From: Deltaproteobacteria bacterium
GTDB taxonomy: Bacteria; Desulfobacterota; QYQD01
DNA: 44,905 nt
Assembly: GCA_007280345.1 (NCBI GenBank)
Contig: QYQD01000026.1
Coordinates: forward strand, 1 to 44,905
Direction of reading: 5' to 3'
Shown here one piece after another: positions 35,712-44,905 of the stretch; position 1 is the stretch's first letter; each line of letters starts with the position of its first letter. The translations under genes were made by a program, and so were the position numbers. The notes under the pieces were generated by a model. The model was not told the DNA's origin, searched no databases, and saw only the letters and a program-made list of their open reading frames with translations.

Positions 35712-37835
35712 TTATTCCCCGGCCGATTTCAGTGCATTCTGATAGAACTTCTTTGCATATTCTTTCACCATTCTTCTGGCGCTGAATGACGGAGATGTGC
35801 TTTTAATGGCCCCTTTTATGACCTTTACCCATCCGTGAGGTATGCCGTCATCATCCACCCTGTAAAATAATGGAATTATCTCCTTCTCCAGGAGTTCATA
35901 AATGGCTTCTGCATCCTCCTCATCATTCCCTTTCCCGCCAAAGGCCCATCCATTCTTCCCGTTAAAACCCTCTATCCACCATCCATCAAGAATACTCAGA
36001 TGGGGAACACCATTCAGCGATGCCTTCATCCCGCTGGTTCCGCACGCCTCAAAAGGGGGGAGAGGGTTGTTGAGCCATACATCCACTCCGTGGGTCATGT
36101 ACTGGGCCAGTTGTTCATCATAATCCTCCACAAAGGCTATCCTTCCTCCAAGATCAGGGTCGTGGGCAAAATTAAAAATCCTCTGGAGGATTCTCTTCCC
36201 CGGGTCATCTGCCGGATGGGCCTTGCCTGCAAATATTATCTGCAGCGGCCGCCATCGATTATTTAAAAGTTTCTTTAATCTCTCCATGTTATGAAAGATT
36301 AAATCTGCCCTTTTATAGGTGGCAAAGCGGCGGGCAAAGCCAATAGTTAAGGCAGATGGATCAAGCAGTGTCCCTCCGGCAATAATATTGGTAGGGCTGA
36401 TCCGGTCTTCCACCCATCTCTGGCGCGCCCTATCATGGATGAAATTAATAAGTTTCATCTTCAGCCAGTAATGGGTCTGCCACAGTTCCTTATCAGGGAT
36501 GTCGTCTATCAATTTCCATGTGACCGGGCTGTCATGATCTTCCAGCCAGTTAGGGTCAAGGTATTTATTCAAGAGGAGTTCAATCTTCGGTTCGATCCAT
36601 GTAGGGACGTGAATTCCGTTGGTTATGGAATCGATGGGGACGTCTTCTTCTTTTGTGTCAGACCAGAGGGATTGCCACATCCTTCTGGAGACCTCGCCGT
36701 GCCTCTTACTGACGCCATTGTGATAAGCCGACATTCTGAGGGCAAAGGCGGTCATATTGAAACCGGCATCCGGGTCGCCTGAATGAATTCCCATTCTTAA
36801 AAATTCATCCCTGTTTAATCCCAAAATAGGATAGTAGTGGCCGAAATATTTATCCATCAGATGAAAGGGGAAGACATCATGCTCTGCTGGAACGGGCGTG
36901 TGTGTTGTAAAAACAGTGGTGGAATGCACTCGCCGGGCTGCCTCATTATAATTCATCCCTTCCTCCACCCTCTCCCTGACCCTTTCCAGAATAGCAAAGG
37001 CAGGATGACCTTCGTTCAGATGAAGCACCGAGTGCTTGATTCCCAAAGTATCCAGAACCTCACTTCCTCCAATGCCGAGGACGATTTCCTGGCGCAGCCT
37101 CTGTTCAATATCGCCAATATAGAGATGGGCGGATATACCCCTGTTCCATGGGTCATTTATCTCTATATCCGTATCCATAAGATAGAGTGGTATCCTTCCA
37201 ACCTGAACCTTCCATACAGCCACATGGATGGAAGGTTCAATAAAGGGCACCTTTACCACAAGCTGCTCACCATTTTCATTTAAGACCCTTGAAATGGGAG
37301 CAGCATCCCTGTCGAGGACCTCGTCTATATTCTCCTGCCAGCCATCCGAGCGGATTTTCTGGCGTAAATATCCTTCGGGATACATGAAGCCCACTGCCAC
37401 TAATGGCACTCCGAGGTCGCTGCATTCCTTGATATGATCACCGGCCAGAAACCCCAATCCACCTGCATAAAATGGCAGGGAATGGTGCAACCCGTATTCT
37501 GCTGAAAAGTAGGCAATGGGAAGGCATTCGGGGTCTGCAATGTTTTCTGAAAACCAGCCTCCCTTTGTATTCATCTCTTTACTGAATCTTGCAAGCACAG
37601 CATCATAATGACGGAGATATTCTGGATCGCCTGCAGCAGTTTGCAAAACCTCATGAGGAAGCTCCCTTAGCATCTTTACCGGATTATGCCTGCACTCCTT
37701 CCATATCTGGCGGTCCAGCATCTTAAAGAGCATCCTCGCCGCAGGATGCCAGCTCCACCAGAGGTTGTAAGCCAGTTCTCCGAGACCTGATATCCTGTCA
37801 GGAATATCGGGGAACCTGTTTTTCAAGTCGTCCAT
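35712..37835 (-). CDS. glgP: Alpha-glucan (glycogen) phosphorylase
   Basis: NLWWSW, AYFSAEYG, GGLGFLAGDH, ARRFATYKR, EACGTSGMKA. Confidence 0.96.
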   Translation of the reverse strand: MDDLKNRFPDIPDRISGLGELAYNLWWSWHPAARMLFKMLDRQIWKECRHNPVKMLRELPHEVLQTAAGDPEYLRHYDAVLARFSKEMNTKGGWFSENIADPECLPIAYFSAEYGLHHSLPFYAGGLGFLAGDHIKECSDLGVPLVAVGFMYPEGYLRQKIRSDGWQENIDEVLDRDAAPISRVLNENGEQLVVKVPFIEPSIHVAVWKVQVGRIPLYLMDTDIEINDPWNRGISAHLYIGDIEQRLRQEIVLGIGGSEVLDTLGIKHSVLHLNEGHPAFAILERVRERVEEGMNYNEAARRVHSTTVFTTHTPVPAEHDVFPFHLMDKYFGHYYPILGLNRDEFLRMGIHSGDPDAGFNMTAFALRMSAYHNGVSKRHGEVSRRMWQSLWSDTKEEDVPIDSITNGIHVPTWIEPKIELLLNKYLDPNWLEDHDSPVTWKLIDDIPDKELWQTHYWLKMKLINFIHDRARQRWVEDRISPTNIIAGGTLLDPSALTIGFARRFATYKRADLIFHNMERLKKLLNNRWRPLQIIFAGKAHPADDPGKRILQRIFNFAHDPDLGGRIAFVEDYDEQLAQYMTHGVDVWLNNPLPPFEACGTSGMKASLNGVPHLSILDGWWIEGFNGKNGWAFGGKGNDEEDAEAIYELLEKEIIPLFYRVDDDGIPHGWVKVIKGAIKSTSPSFSARRMVKEYAKKFYQNALKSAGE

Positions 37836-37860
37836 AAGACTTTTCCTTTAATATACGATA

Positions 37861-38349
37861 TTACAAGCCCATAGACAGTGTGATTAAACCATTAATAATA
37901 CCTGCTTCAACGAAACCAAGCTTCCTCCAGAATGACAATGCACTATGATTGTCTGCTTTAACCTTTACGAAAATCTCTTTTACAACAGAATGCCTTTGCA
38001 TACCTTGCGCGCAAAGCTTAAATGCCCTGGTTCCATAACCCATTCGTCTGTTATTTCTGTCGAATATCACCAGGGTCATCTCAGCAGATTTACCGAGTAT
38101 CAGGTTATATAGGCTGATAAACCCTATCCGCCCTGAAGCACACTCTATACAGTAGGCAGGCATAAAGGTCTTTTTTATCCACCACCAGGCGAAAAACCAT
38201 GGTGATACTATAGGTCTGCTCAGACCGCTTGCCTTCAGAATTGCCCCGTCATTCAATCCCCTGAGAATGAAAGGGCCGTCGGACATTCTCAACGGTCTTA
38301 ACCTCAAATTTCCGTCCTCCATGTATCCCGGGATTTTAAGAAAAAGCAT
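37861..38349 (-). CDS. GNAT-family N-acetyltransferase
   Basis: RRMGYGT motif A, NHSALSFWRKLGF motif B. Confidence 0.85.
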   Translation of the reverse strand: MLFLKIPGYMEDGNLRLRPLRMSDGPFILRGLNDGAILKASGLSRPIVSPWFFAWWWIKKTFMPAYCIECASGRIGFISLYNLILGKSAEMTLVIFDRNNRRMGYGTRAFKLCAQGMQRHSVVKEIFVKVKADNHSALSFWRKLGFVEAGIINGLITLSMGL

Positions 38350-38369
38350 GAAACACCTCTGTGTCCATT

Positions 38370-39029
38370 TCAGATCCCCTGCCTGGCACGCCTCTGACGG
38401 GACTCAAAAAGACGTGCAGAGGCCATACCGAATATAAACCCGCCGATGTGCGCCATATAAGCCACCCCACCGCCGGTCTGCCTTTGTACCAATGTCCCAA
38501 CCTCGCTGAATAACTGTATGAGAAACCAGAATCCCACCAATATTATTGCAGGGATAAAACGAATAAAGACAAACCAGCCAAACAAAATCACCGTGCGAAT
38601 TCTATCATGCGGGAAGGTAACAAGAAATGCACCCATGATGGCTGCAATTGCACCGCTTGCACCCAGGCTGGGAACAGTGGAGGAGGGGTTAATGAAAACC
38701 TGTGCCAGAAAAGCTACAAATCCTCCGAGCAGATAAAATACCAAATAGCGGAACCGCCCCATCATATCCTCTATCTCTGGACCGAATGCCCAAAAATATA
38801 CCATGTTGCCAATTATATGCAGCCAGCTGCCATGCATGAACATAGCGGTTATGATGGTAATTAAGTTCCGTCCTGCGGCAATTTCCGCCGGTATGACGGA
38901 CCACCGGATGACGAAGGCATCTCCATTCAATAATTCAAGGAGGAACACTATAGTACTTATCCCGATAATAAAGGCGGTAATTATAGGAAAACTTATAGGC
39001 CTTCGGTCAACATCGCTTAAAGGGATCAA
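38370..39029 (-). CDS. Rhomboid-family intramembrane serine protease
   Basis: MFMHGSWLHIIGN, GASGAIA, VAYMAHIGG. Confidence 0.95.
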   Translation of the reverse strand: MIPLSDVDRRPISFPIITAFIIGISTIVFLLELLNGDAFVIRWSVIPAEIAAGRNLITIITAMFMHGSWLHIIGNMVYFWAFGPEIEDMMGRFRYLVFYLLGGFVAFLAQVFINPSSTVPSLGASGAIAAIMGAFLVTFPHDRIRTVILFGWFVFIRFIPAIILVGFWFLIQLFSEVGTLVQRQTGGGVAYMAHIGGFIFGMASARLFESRQRRARQGI

Positions 39030-39141
39030 ATATTACCTCCACTTGTAATTCTCTTATCTTACCTATTTTCTTAATCCCCCCTGCCAGCGACACAAAAATA
39101 AATCATCCATATATACGCTTTATTTTCAGTAAATTTTTTGT

Positions 39142-39672
39142 TTACGGCTGAATCTGTACATACCCTTCCTGCGTAAGCTGGATTAAGCGGCTCGCCGCTC
39201 CGGTATTTACCTTCACACCCGGCAGCAGGTCTTCATTGCCCCATTTATGGTTTTTCATAGAAACCGCACACTCCTCTATCTGCACTCCCTGCCTTATAAG
39301 TTCGGCTATGAGACCTTTGTAAGGGTTGCCGGTGCTGACCTTGCGAGCCGTATTGTAAGCATTGTCATTCAGAGTCATGTAGGCTGCGTCGCCGTGGAAG
39401 ATGCCTATGATCTGACCTTTTGTCCCCAGGTCCTTAAAACGGTTAGCCAGCAGATGCATATAATTGATGCCTACTGGCAGGTCACCAGCAAACGCCAGAT
39501 GATCCATATTAAATACTACATTAGCCTTTTCCAGTACCAGTGGAATCTCTACATGAATCGCGTGCTCCGCTTTAATGTTTTTGGCATCGGCAGCCGATAC
39601 GATTGGCTCCTGTGCAAAACACACTAACAAAAACGCTGCGAATAAAATCTTCATCCATTTATTCCTGCTCAT
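39142..39672 (-). CDS. DsrE-family protein with signal peptide
   Basis: IIGIFHGDA, IEECAVSM, LTQEGYVQIQP; start taken at MSRNK with SD GGAGG. Confidence 0.8.
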   Translation of the reverse strand: MSRNKWMKILFAAFLLVCFAQEPIVSAADAKNIKAEHAIHVEIPLVLEKANVVFNMDHLAFAGDLPVGINYMHLLANRFKDLGTKGQIIGIFHGDAAYMTLNDNAYNTARKVSTGNPYKGLIAELIRQGVQIEECAVSMKNHKWGNEDLLPGVKVNTGAASRLIQLTQEGYVQIQP

Positions 39673-39765
39673 TGTAACACCTCCGTTTATATCAATAATG
39701 CGGATATACATCTTTCTGCTCCTTCCTTACCTCCTTTCAATGGACACAAAAATGTCAACTTCCTC

Positions 39766-41214
39766 TTATACCGCCACAAAAGTGCCCCTGAGTTCCGCGT
39801 GAATGGGGTGATGCGCCGCCAGATACTTTCGCAGCGCATCTATAATCCGCTCCGACCGGTTTTCTCGATTGCGGCCGTATTTCTGAGGCACCCCTTGCGG
39901 CGTGACGAATGCCGCTGTGTAGTACCGGCCGGGCTGCACCTCTTCATCGCCTGCAAATAGTTTTTGAATACGGTGTCCCGGAGGATTCTCTATCTTGAAG
40001 TATACATTAAGACCGAGACATCGCTTGACATACCCTCCCATCTGCTGATACGGATCGCATGAAAACGTCCTTTCGAGATTCTCCTCCAACATCACCAGAA
40101 GTTCTTCTCCCGTCAACTCTACTGTCGAGACAGGCGGATTCATGGGGATAACGTTGTAAAGTTCGTTCAAGGTTATCTTCCCTGGAACTATCGGTGCGCC
40201 GTAGCGCCAGCCGTTAGAAAATGCCAATTGCGCCCCGGTGCCTTCAAGTAGGGTCTGAAGAAGGAAATTGTCCATCGTGGCCTCCAGGGTTGTTCCCCGA
40301 TTGAGCGCTGTGGCAGTTTCACCGACAACCTCTGAGAGGTCATTCTTATAGGGTGCGAGTGTCTGTCTTGTCAGTTCATCAACTGCTGGGTCAGGTTGTA
40401 TACCTGCTTCAACCTCAATCAACCGGTGCCGGTAATCCAAGATTTGTCCTTCCTCCACCTCTATATCCAGTCGACCCAAAAAAGAACCATGGCAGCCTGA
40501 CTGTATAACAATAGTTTTCCCATTGAGAACCGGCTTGTACAGGCGGTTATGGGTGTGGCCGCTGAGACAAACATCTATGCCGTGCACCTCGGACAAAAGC
40601 TTCATCTCCTGAGGAAATCCAAGGTGCGAGACCAGAACGATTAGGTCTACCTTCTCCTCAGCACGTAACATATCAATGATTGGCGGAAGTTCGTCCCTAC
40701 CCAGGGTAAAGGATATGCCTTCGCTGTAAGAAGGCGGCATGGTCTTGTCCACAATATTTGAGGCTATCCCTACAAGGCCGATCCGTAATCCGCCAATCTC
40801 TTTTATGATATACGACTGATAGACCAATTTATTTGTCTCTTTATCATAAACATTGTTTGCCAGCATCGGATAATTGAGCTCAGCGACTCGCTGGTGAAAT
40901 ACCTTTGGACCATAAGCAAATTCCCAGTGCGCCGTCATGGCATCAAGACCCAATGAATTCAAAACAGGGATCAATGCCTGTCCCTGGGTCTCTAGTGCAG
41001 GATAGGTGCCGTGGATGGTATCGCCGCAATCGCAAAAGAGAATATGCCCTTGGCTCTCAGCCCAAATCTGCTTTACTATCGTGGCGATGCGCGCGTAACC
41101 TCCAGCGGGACGGTATACAGCGTGGTCGCCCTGCCAGAACATCTCCTGGTGCAAATCAAAATAGGCATGGCTGTCGTTCATTTGAACGATTGTAAGTTTT
41201 TTGCTGCCGCTCAT
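39766..41214 (-). CDS. SoxB-like metallophosphoesterase / 5'-nucleotidase family protein (no signal peptide)
   Basis: NDSH, GGYARIA, DCGDTIHG, AHWEFAYG, SHLG, SGHTH, SNGWRYG, DPYQQMGG. Confidence 0.85.
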   Translation of the reverse strand: MSGSKKLTIVQMNDSHAYFDLHQEMFWQGDHAVYRPAGGYARIATIVKQIWAESQGHILFCDCGDTIHGTYPALETQGQALIPVLNSLGLDAMTAHWEFAYGPKVFHQRVAELNYPMLANNVYDKETNKLVYQSYIIKEIGGLRIGLVGIASNIVDKTMPPSYSEGISFTLGRDELPPIIDMLRAEEKVDLIVLVSHLGFPQEMKLLSEVHGIDVCLSGHTHNRLYKPVLNGKTIVIQSGCHGSFLGRLDIEVEEGQILDYRHRLIEVEAGIQPDPAVDELTRQTLAPYKNDLSEVVGETATALNRGTTLEATMDNFLLQTLLEGTGAQLAFSNGWRYGAPIVPGKITLNELYNVIPMNPPVSTVELTGEELLVMLEENLERTFSCDPYQQMGGYVKRCLGLNVYFKIENPPGHRIQKLFAGDEEVQPGRYYTAAFVTPQGVPQKYGRNRENRSERIIDALRKYLAAHHPIHAELRGTFVAV

Positions 41215-41272
41215 TTTCTTCTCTCCCCCCTTCCTGTCAGTTCAGGGTGTTCTTTTGTCTCCTTGTTCATAG

Positions 41273-42031
41273 TCATATCTTCAACTGGCTTATAAAGAAA
41301 TAAACGGAAAAAACTACCATAACGATGCCGTAGAGCAGCATGACGGTTTTTGAGCTTGTCCTGATATCCAGTTTTGCTCCGATATATGCCATCGGAATCA
41401 CTCCTATGGCCATGGAAGCGCTTATCGTTAGATTGATATGTCCAAGATGGTAATGTATAATGCTTCCCGGAAGGGCCATTACAATCACTGTTAGCAGTGA
41501 AGTAGCAATTGCCTCCTTTATTTTCATACGGAAGAATATGACATAGGCCGGAACAAGAAATATACCGCCTCCATTGGCAAGGATTCCCGACAGAATACCG
41601 ATAACAGCAACAACAGCAACTATGTAATACACAGGCGGTGGAGAAAAAGTTTTTTCTAATGCAAAGGTCTTTTCCATAATATTTTTGATTATAAAATCAA
41701 CCCCGACAAGGCAGAGCACAACAGCGGTCAGGAGCATGAGGAACTTCCCTGAAAGATAGGCAGTAAGATACGACCCTAAGACCATTCCCGGCACTCCTGC
41801 GAGAAGGCTGTAAAGGGCAATTCTGAAATTGACGAGGTGTTCCCTTTTATATGCAAAAGAAGCTATGGAGGCTGTAAGGACAGTCAGGGGGAGCGGGGTT
41901 CCGAGGGCGACGAGAGGCGGGAGATCAAGAAACGTCCTGAGAATCGGAGTATCGACGCTGCTGCCTCCGATGCCGAAGAAGGCTGATAAAAAACCCGTGA
42001 TGCAGCCGATAATAATTGCCTCAAAGTTCAC
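41273..42031 (-). CDS. TauE/SafE-family sulfite exporter
   Basis: Internal repeat FFGIGG / ILANGGG, AIATSL, about 8 TM segments. Confidence 0.88.
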   Translation of the reverse strand: MNFEAIIIGCITGFLSAFFGIGGSSVDTPILRTFLDLPPLVALGTPLPLTVLTASIASFAYKREHLVNFRIALYSLLAGVPGMVLGSYLTAYLSGKFLMLLTAVVLCLVGVDFIIKNIMEKTFALEKTFSPPPVYYIVAVVAVIGILSGILANGGGIFLVPAYVIFFRMKIKEAIATSLLTVIVMALPGSIIHYHLGHINLTISASMAIGVIPMAYIGAKLDIRTSSKTVMLLYGIVMVVFSVYFFISQLKI

Positions 42032-42235
42032 ATTATCCTATATTAGTCCCTCAACTCAATATATTAGCCGTCGTTGCCAATAAACCAGATAAATCAGCGC
42101 AAGAAACTGCCTTCTTTATGGTTTGCGGCAACCCCCGTCCAATAGCTACGGAGGCTGCCGCATCAAGCTATACCCTTTGCTATACTTATAACCCAACAGC
42201 TCCCAATCTCGTAATTATCTCTTGGGAGGCTCAAC
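41889..42235. repeat. Segmental duplication, copy A
   Basis: Aligns with 44557-44905 over the tauE 5' end, the intergenic spacer and the upstream gene's 3' end. Confidence 0.9.
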
Positions 42236-42901
42236 CTGTTTGCCAAATTTCTCGACCTCTTTACCGATAAATTCTAAGCCGTTGCCAACTTCATCGGGGA
42301 CCCAGCCCGATCCTTCGATCAGCTTGCCTGCAACAAGCCGGGCATCTCTTATCGCTGTTTTACCTCCTGCCTCTGCCTTATGGCCGGCCCACGCCAAGCC
42401 GTATTCCAGATTATCAGCAGCGGTCTTAAGGGAATAGCCAACCTCCCTGGTTGTCTTTTTAACCCACGATTCAGAAGCCTTTACATGGTACGCCGTGGCA
42501 AGGGCATGATCAGCACGGGCGAAAGCCTGTTCAAGCGCTTTGGCAGAGGCGACCCCGCCTTTCCCCATATCATCGGCCAGTTTTTCCAGTTCATTCACTG
42601 AGTCAGTGAGCGCCTTCTTCCCTTCACCGGCAGCAACCGCAGCGTCAAGTTTCAGAAAGGCAACTGCTTTCCTGATGTCGGCAGCAGCGGCCTTATAGTT
42701 CTTTTTAAGAACTGCCTGGTGAGCTTTTTGAAAGTAGTTCTCATGCTCATCTGACAAGACAATCGCAACATCTTCCTCTACCACAATGTAACCCTCGGGG
42801 GCTTTTGGCGGGGTCTGTGTTTTGTCCGTACCTGCCCGTGCACCAGTGGCAAAAAATACCAGTGTTAAGGCGATCAAAAAACCTGATACCGCTTTCTTCA
42901 T
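42215..42901 (-). CDS. Secreted helical hypothetical protein (YfdX-like)
   Basis: Signal peptide ending ARA, Ala/Lys-rich helices. Confidence 0.7.
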   Translation of the reverse strand: MKKAVSGFLIALTLVFFATGARAGTDKTQTPPKAPEGYIVVEEDVAIVLSDEHENYFQKAHQAVLKKNYKAAAADIRKAVAFLKLDAAVAAGEGKKALTDSVNELEKLADDMGKGGVASAKALEQAFARADHALATAYHVKASESWVKKTTREVGYSLKTAADNLEYGLAWAGHKAEAGGKTAIRDARLVAGKLIEGSGWVPDEVGNGLEFIGKEVEKFGKQVEPPKR

Positions 42902-42974
42902 AAATATCCTCCTTGTATGGTTACGCCGTGACCGTCAAGTGTCACGGGAAGCCTCCTGTAGCTCAGACTTCTAT

Positions 42975-43490
42975 TTAAGCGCTATGAATCGTTGTCTCAG
43001 TTGCTTTAGTTGTCTCTAAAATTTTCTTTGCCTTTTCAACTTCTTCACCTGTCCCGTGCGCCACCAGCATGAACTTGTTCGCCTTGAGGGAAGTCTCGTA
43101 TTTAACGATACTGTCCTTTGGTATACCGATGCCGTATAACGCTGCTCCAACGGCGCTCATTCCACCCATAATAACGACCCCTTCAAGCGCGCCAATGATC
43201 CACGACACCAGCGGGCCACCAACGACGATCGGACCAATTCCGGGAATGAAAAAGAATGCAGAACCGAAAAGGAATCCCCATAAGCCGCCCCAGAATGCCC
43301 CCAACTTTCCCCAGTATTTAACACGGTCACCCGTATTGTAATAGCCCACCACATGCTCATCAGAATGATAGTCCTTGCCTACGATGGATAACTTCTTCAT
43401 GTCAAACCCTGCTTTCTGCAGTTCCTTGACAGCATCCTCAGCCTCTGTGTGGGTGTTGAAAATAGAGACTGCCGAATTTTTCTCTGACAT
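42975..43490 (-). CDS. General stress protein 17M-like / DUF1269-type membrane protein
   Basis: AEDAVKELQKAGF..LSIVGKD, glycine-zipper GAFWGGLWG..PGIGP, GIGIP. Confidence 0.8.
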   Translation of the reverse strand: MSEKNSAVSIFNTHTEAEDAVKELQKAGFDMKKLSIVGKDYHSDEHVVGYYNTGDRVKYWGKLGAFWGGLWGFLFGSAFFFIPGIGPIVVGGPLVSWIIGALEGVVIMGGMSAVGAALYGIGIPKDSIVKYETSLKANKFMLVAHGTGEEVEKAKKILETTKATETTIHSA

Positions 43491-43609
43491 AGTACACCTC
43501 CTGTTTTTTAATGGTTAATTTTTAATCAGGCTCAATGAGCCGTTTGGGAAAAATCTCTTTAAACTATATATTATTTTCTCAACCACTTCTGCTACTTAAG
43601 TTACATATC

Positions 43610-44371
43610 TCATCCCTTCTCGTTGTTTTTATCTTTATTAAAATGCAGGTGTTCCTCTATTTTTCTTATCAGGGCATGCAGGTCTTTGATCTCTAAATAA
43701 CCCCTGTGCGCAATCATGATGCCTTCTTGCTTTAATTTCTGCAAATGTCTATTCACAACTGCACGGACAGACCCTATCATGCCGGCTAATTCTTCATGGG
43801 AAAGGTCTTTAATCAGCTTCAATCTGGATGGTACATTATCGCTGTCCTCGTTATATTCATGGTCTATATGCCGGAGGATAAGTTTGGCAAGTCTGATCTC
43901 TGTATCGTGAAGGGCTAAATCGGATGCCAGCTCCGTCAATACACGCATCTGCTTTCCGAGGCAGGGGAGAAATGACCGATTGAATTCAGGATGCTTATTA
44001 ATCCAGTCCCGCACCGTATCAATTGGCGCAGATAATGCCGAAAGGTCGTCCACAGCCACCGCATACACATCATGTTTTTTACCGTCCAGAAGGGATACCA
44101 CATCAAAGCAGTCACCCGATCCAAATAAAAAGAGAGTAAATTCCCGGCCCGTGGCAGGATTAGTCCGCACAACCTTCACGCGCCCGGTCACTAAGACAAA
44201 AAACTGCTCGACTGTTTGAGCGGGCTCCATAACAACCTGTTTTTTCTCCCATTCTTGATGCCTGAAAATCAGAAACATTTTCTTGAGGACATCCTCATCG
44301 AGTCTTGAGAATAAAGCTGATTTTTTAAGCAGTTCAAAACTCTGCAAATAAAACGGTGAATTGGTTCTCAT
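43610..44371 (-). CDS. Crp/Fnr-family transcriptional regulator
   Basis: cNMP-type domain GRVKV..GREFTL, HTH LSHEELAGMIGSVRAVVNR. Confidence 0.93.
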   Translation of the reverse strand: MRTNSPFYLQSFELLKKSALFSRLDEDVLKKMFLIFRHQEWEKKQVVMEPAQTVEQFFVLVTGRVKVVRTNPATGREFTLFLFGSGDCFDVVSLLDGKKHDVYAVAVDDLSALSAPIDTVRDWINKHPEFNRSFLPCLGKQMRVLTELASDLALHDTEIRLAKLILRHIDHEYNEDSDNVPSRLKLIKDLSHEELAGMIGSVRAVVNRHLQKLKQEGIMIAHRGYLEIKDLHALIRKIEEHLHFNKDKNNEKG

Positions 44372-44450
44372 TCATATCCTCCCGGCGATTTCAAGGCGCC
44401 CTCATACAATTTCCTTCGCATAACAGGCTTTGCAAATAGCAATTGAAAAT

Positions 44451-44699
44451 TTAATTCGCACTGCTAAAGCCATAGCCGGCGTATATATCCTGAGCCTGCC
44501 TGCCCTTCATGAAGTCAAGAAATGCCTCTGCCGCGCCGCCAGCCCGTAATCTCCTTGGAAGCGGTGTCCCGAGGGCTACAAGCGGCGGGAGGTCGAGGAA
44601 TGTCCTGAGCACAGGGGTATCGACACTGCTACCTCCGATGCCAAAAAAGGCCGACAAAAAACCTGTGATGCAGCCGATAATAATTGCCTCAAAGTTCAT
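44451..44699 (-). pseudogene. Chimeric remnant: TauE N-terminus fused to a ModA-like substrate-binding protein C-terminus
   Basis: First 48 aa match the TauE at 42031 except one I/V; then AAEAFLDFMKGRQAQDIYAGYGF. Confidence 0.7.
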
Positions 44700-44905
44700 A
44701 TTATCCTATATTAGTCCCTCAACTCAATATATTAGCCGCGATTGCCAATAAACCAGATAAATCAGCGCAAGAAACTGCCTTCTTTATGGTTTGCGGCAGC
44801 CCCCATCCAATACCTCCGGAGGCTGCCGCATCAAGCTATACCATTCCAATGCTATCCTTGATCCAATAGCTCCCACTTTCGTAATTATCTCTTGGGAGGC
44901 TCAAC
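44557..44905. repeat. Segmental duplication, copy B (runs off the window)
   Basis: Aligns with 41889-42235. Confidence 0.9.
44885..44905 (-). CDS. 3' end of a paralog of the 42215-42901 gene (partial)
   Basis: Encodes VEPPKR*, identical to the end of the 42215-42901 ORF. Confidence 0.6.
   Translation of the reverse strand, partial: VEPPKR

Noticed and set aside
39766-41214. Naming the gene soxB
   Set aside because: No Tat signal and no other sox genes; kept as SoxB-like.

Overview
Bacterial chromosomal window whose gene content and intergenic repeats suggest a deltaproteobacterium (Desulfobacterota-like); this is inference only. It has four blocks. (1) 1-17.5 kb is housekeeping DNA: a PEP-CTERM protein, a PD-(D/E)XK hypothetical, a fur-feoB-dtxR/feoA iron operon, pyrF, tlyA-dxs-ispA-xseB-M23-xseA and the rml (dTDP-rhamnose) genes. 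Two features here are missed or truncated by the ORF track: a 55-aa dual-CXXC selenoprotein (in-frame UGA plus SECIS-like hairpin, 5745-5912) and a full-length fur that has no ATG/GTG/TTG start (apparent ACG start, overlapped by a 10-codon uORF). (2) 17.8-24.0 kb is an AT-richer five-gene operon: hypothetical, degenerate DUF2791/BrxD-like pseudo-ATPase, intact DUF2791/BrxD-like ATPase, hypothetical, and an SNF2 helicase fused to an Mrr-type nuclease. I cannot match it to a named defence system, and it is the best candidate for a novel system. (3) 24.1-35.7 kb is an envelope/cation block: MgtA, DedA, an OmpR-type two-component pair, PepSY, an LmtA-like methyltransferase, DedA-PAP2 and an H+-type P-ATPase. 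(4) 35.7-44.9 kb carries glgP, GNAT, rhomboid, a DsrE/SoxB-like/TauE sulfur-type cassette, Crp/Fnr and a diverged ~345-bp duplication producing a chimeric TauE remnant. MITEs, GTAG-type REPs, double-hairpin palindromes and heptamer arrays fill the intergenic spaces, and two of them are read as protein. No rRNA, complete tRNA or CRISPR array was found. All family assignments are by motif recognition; no database search was run.
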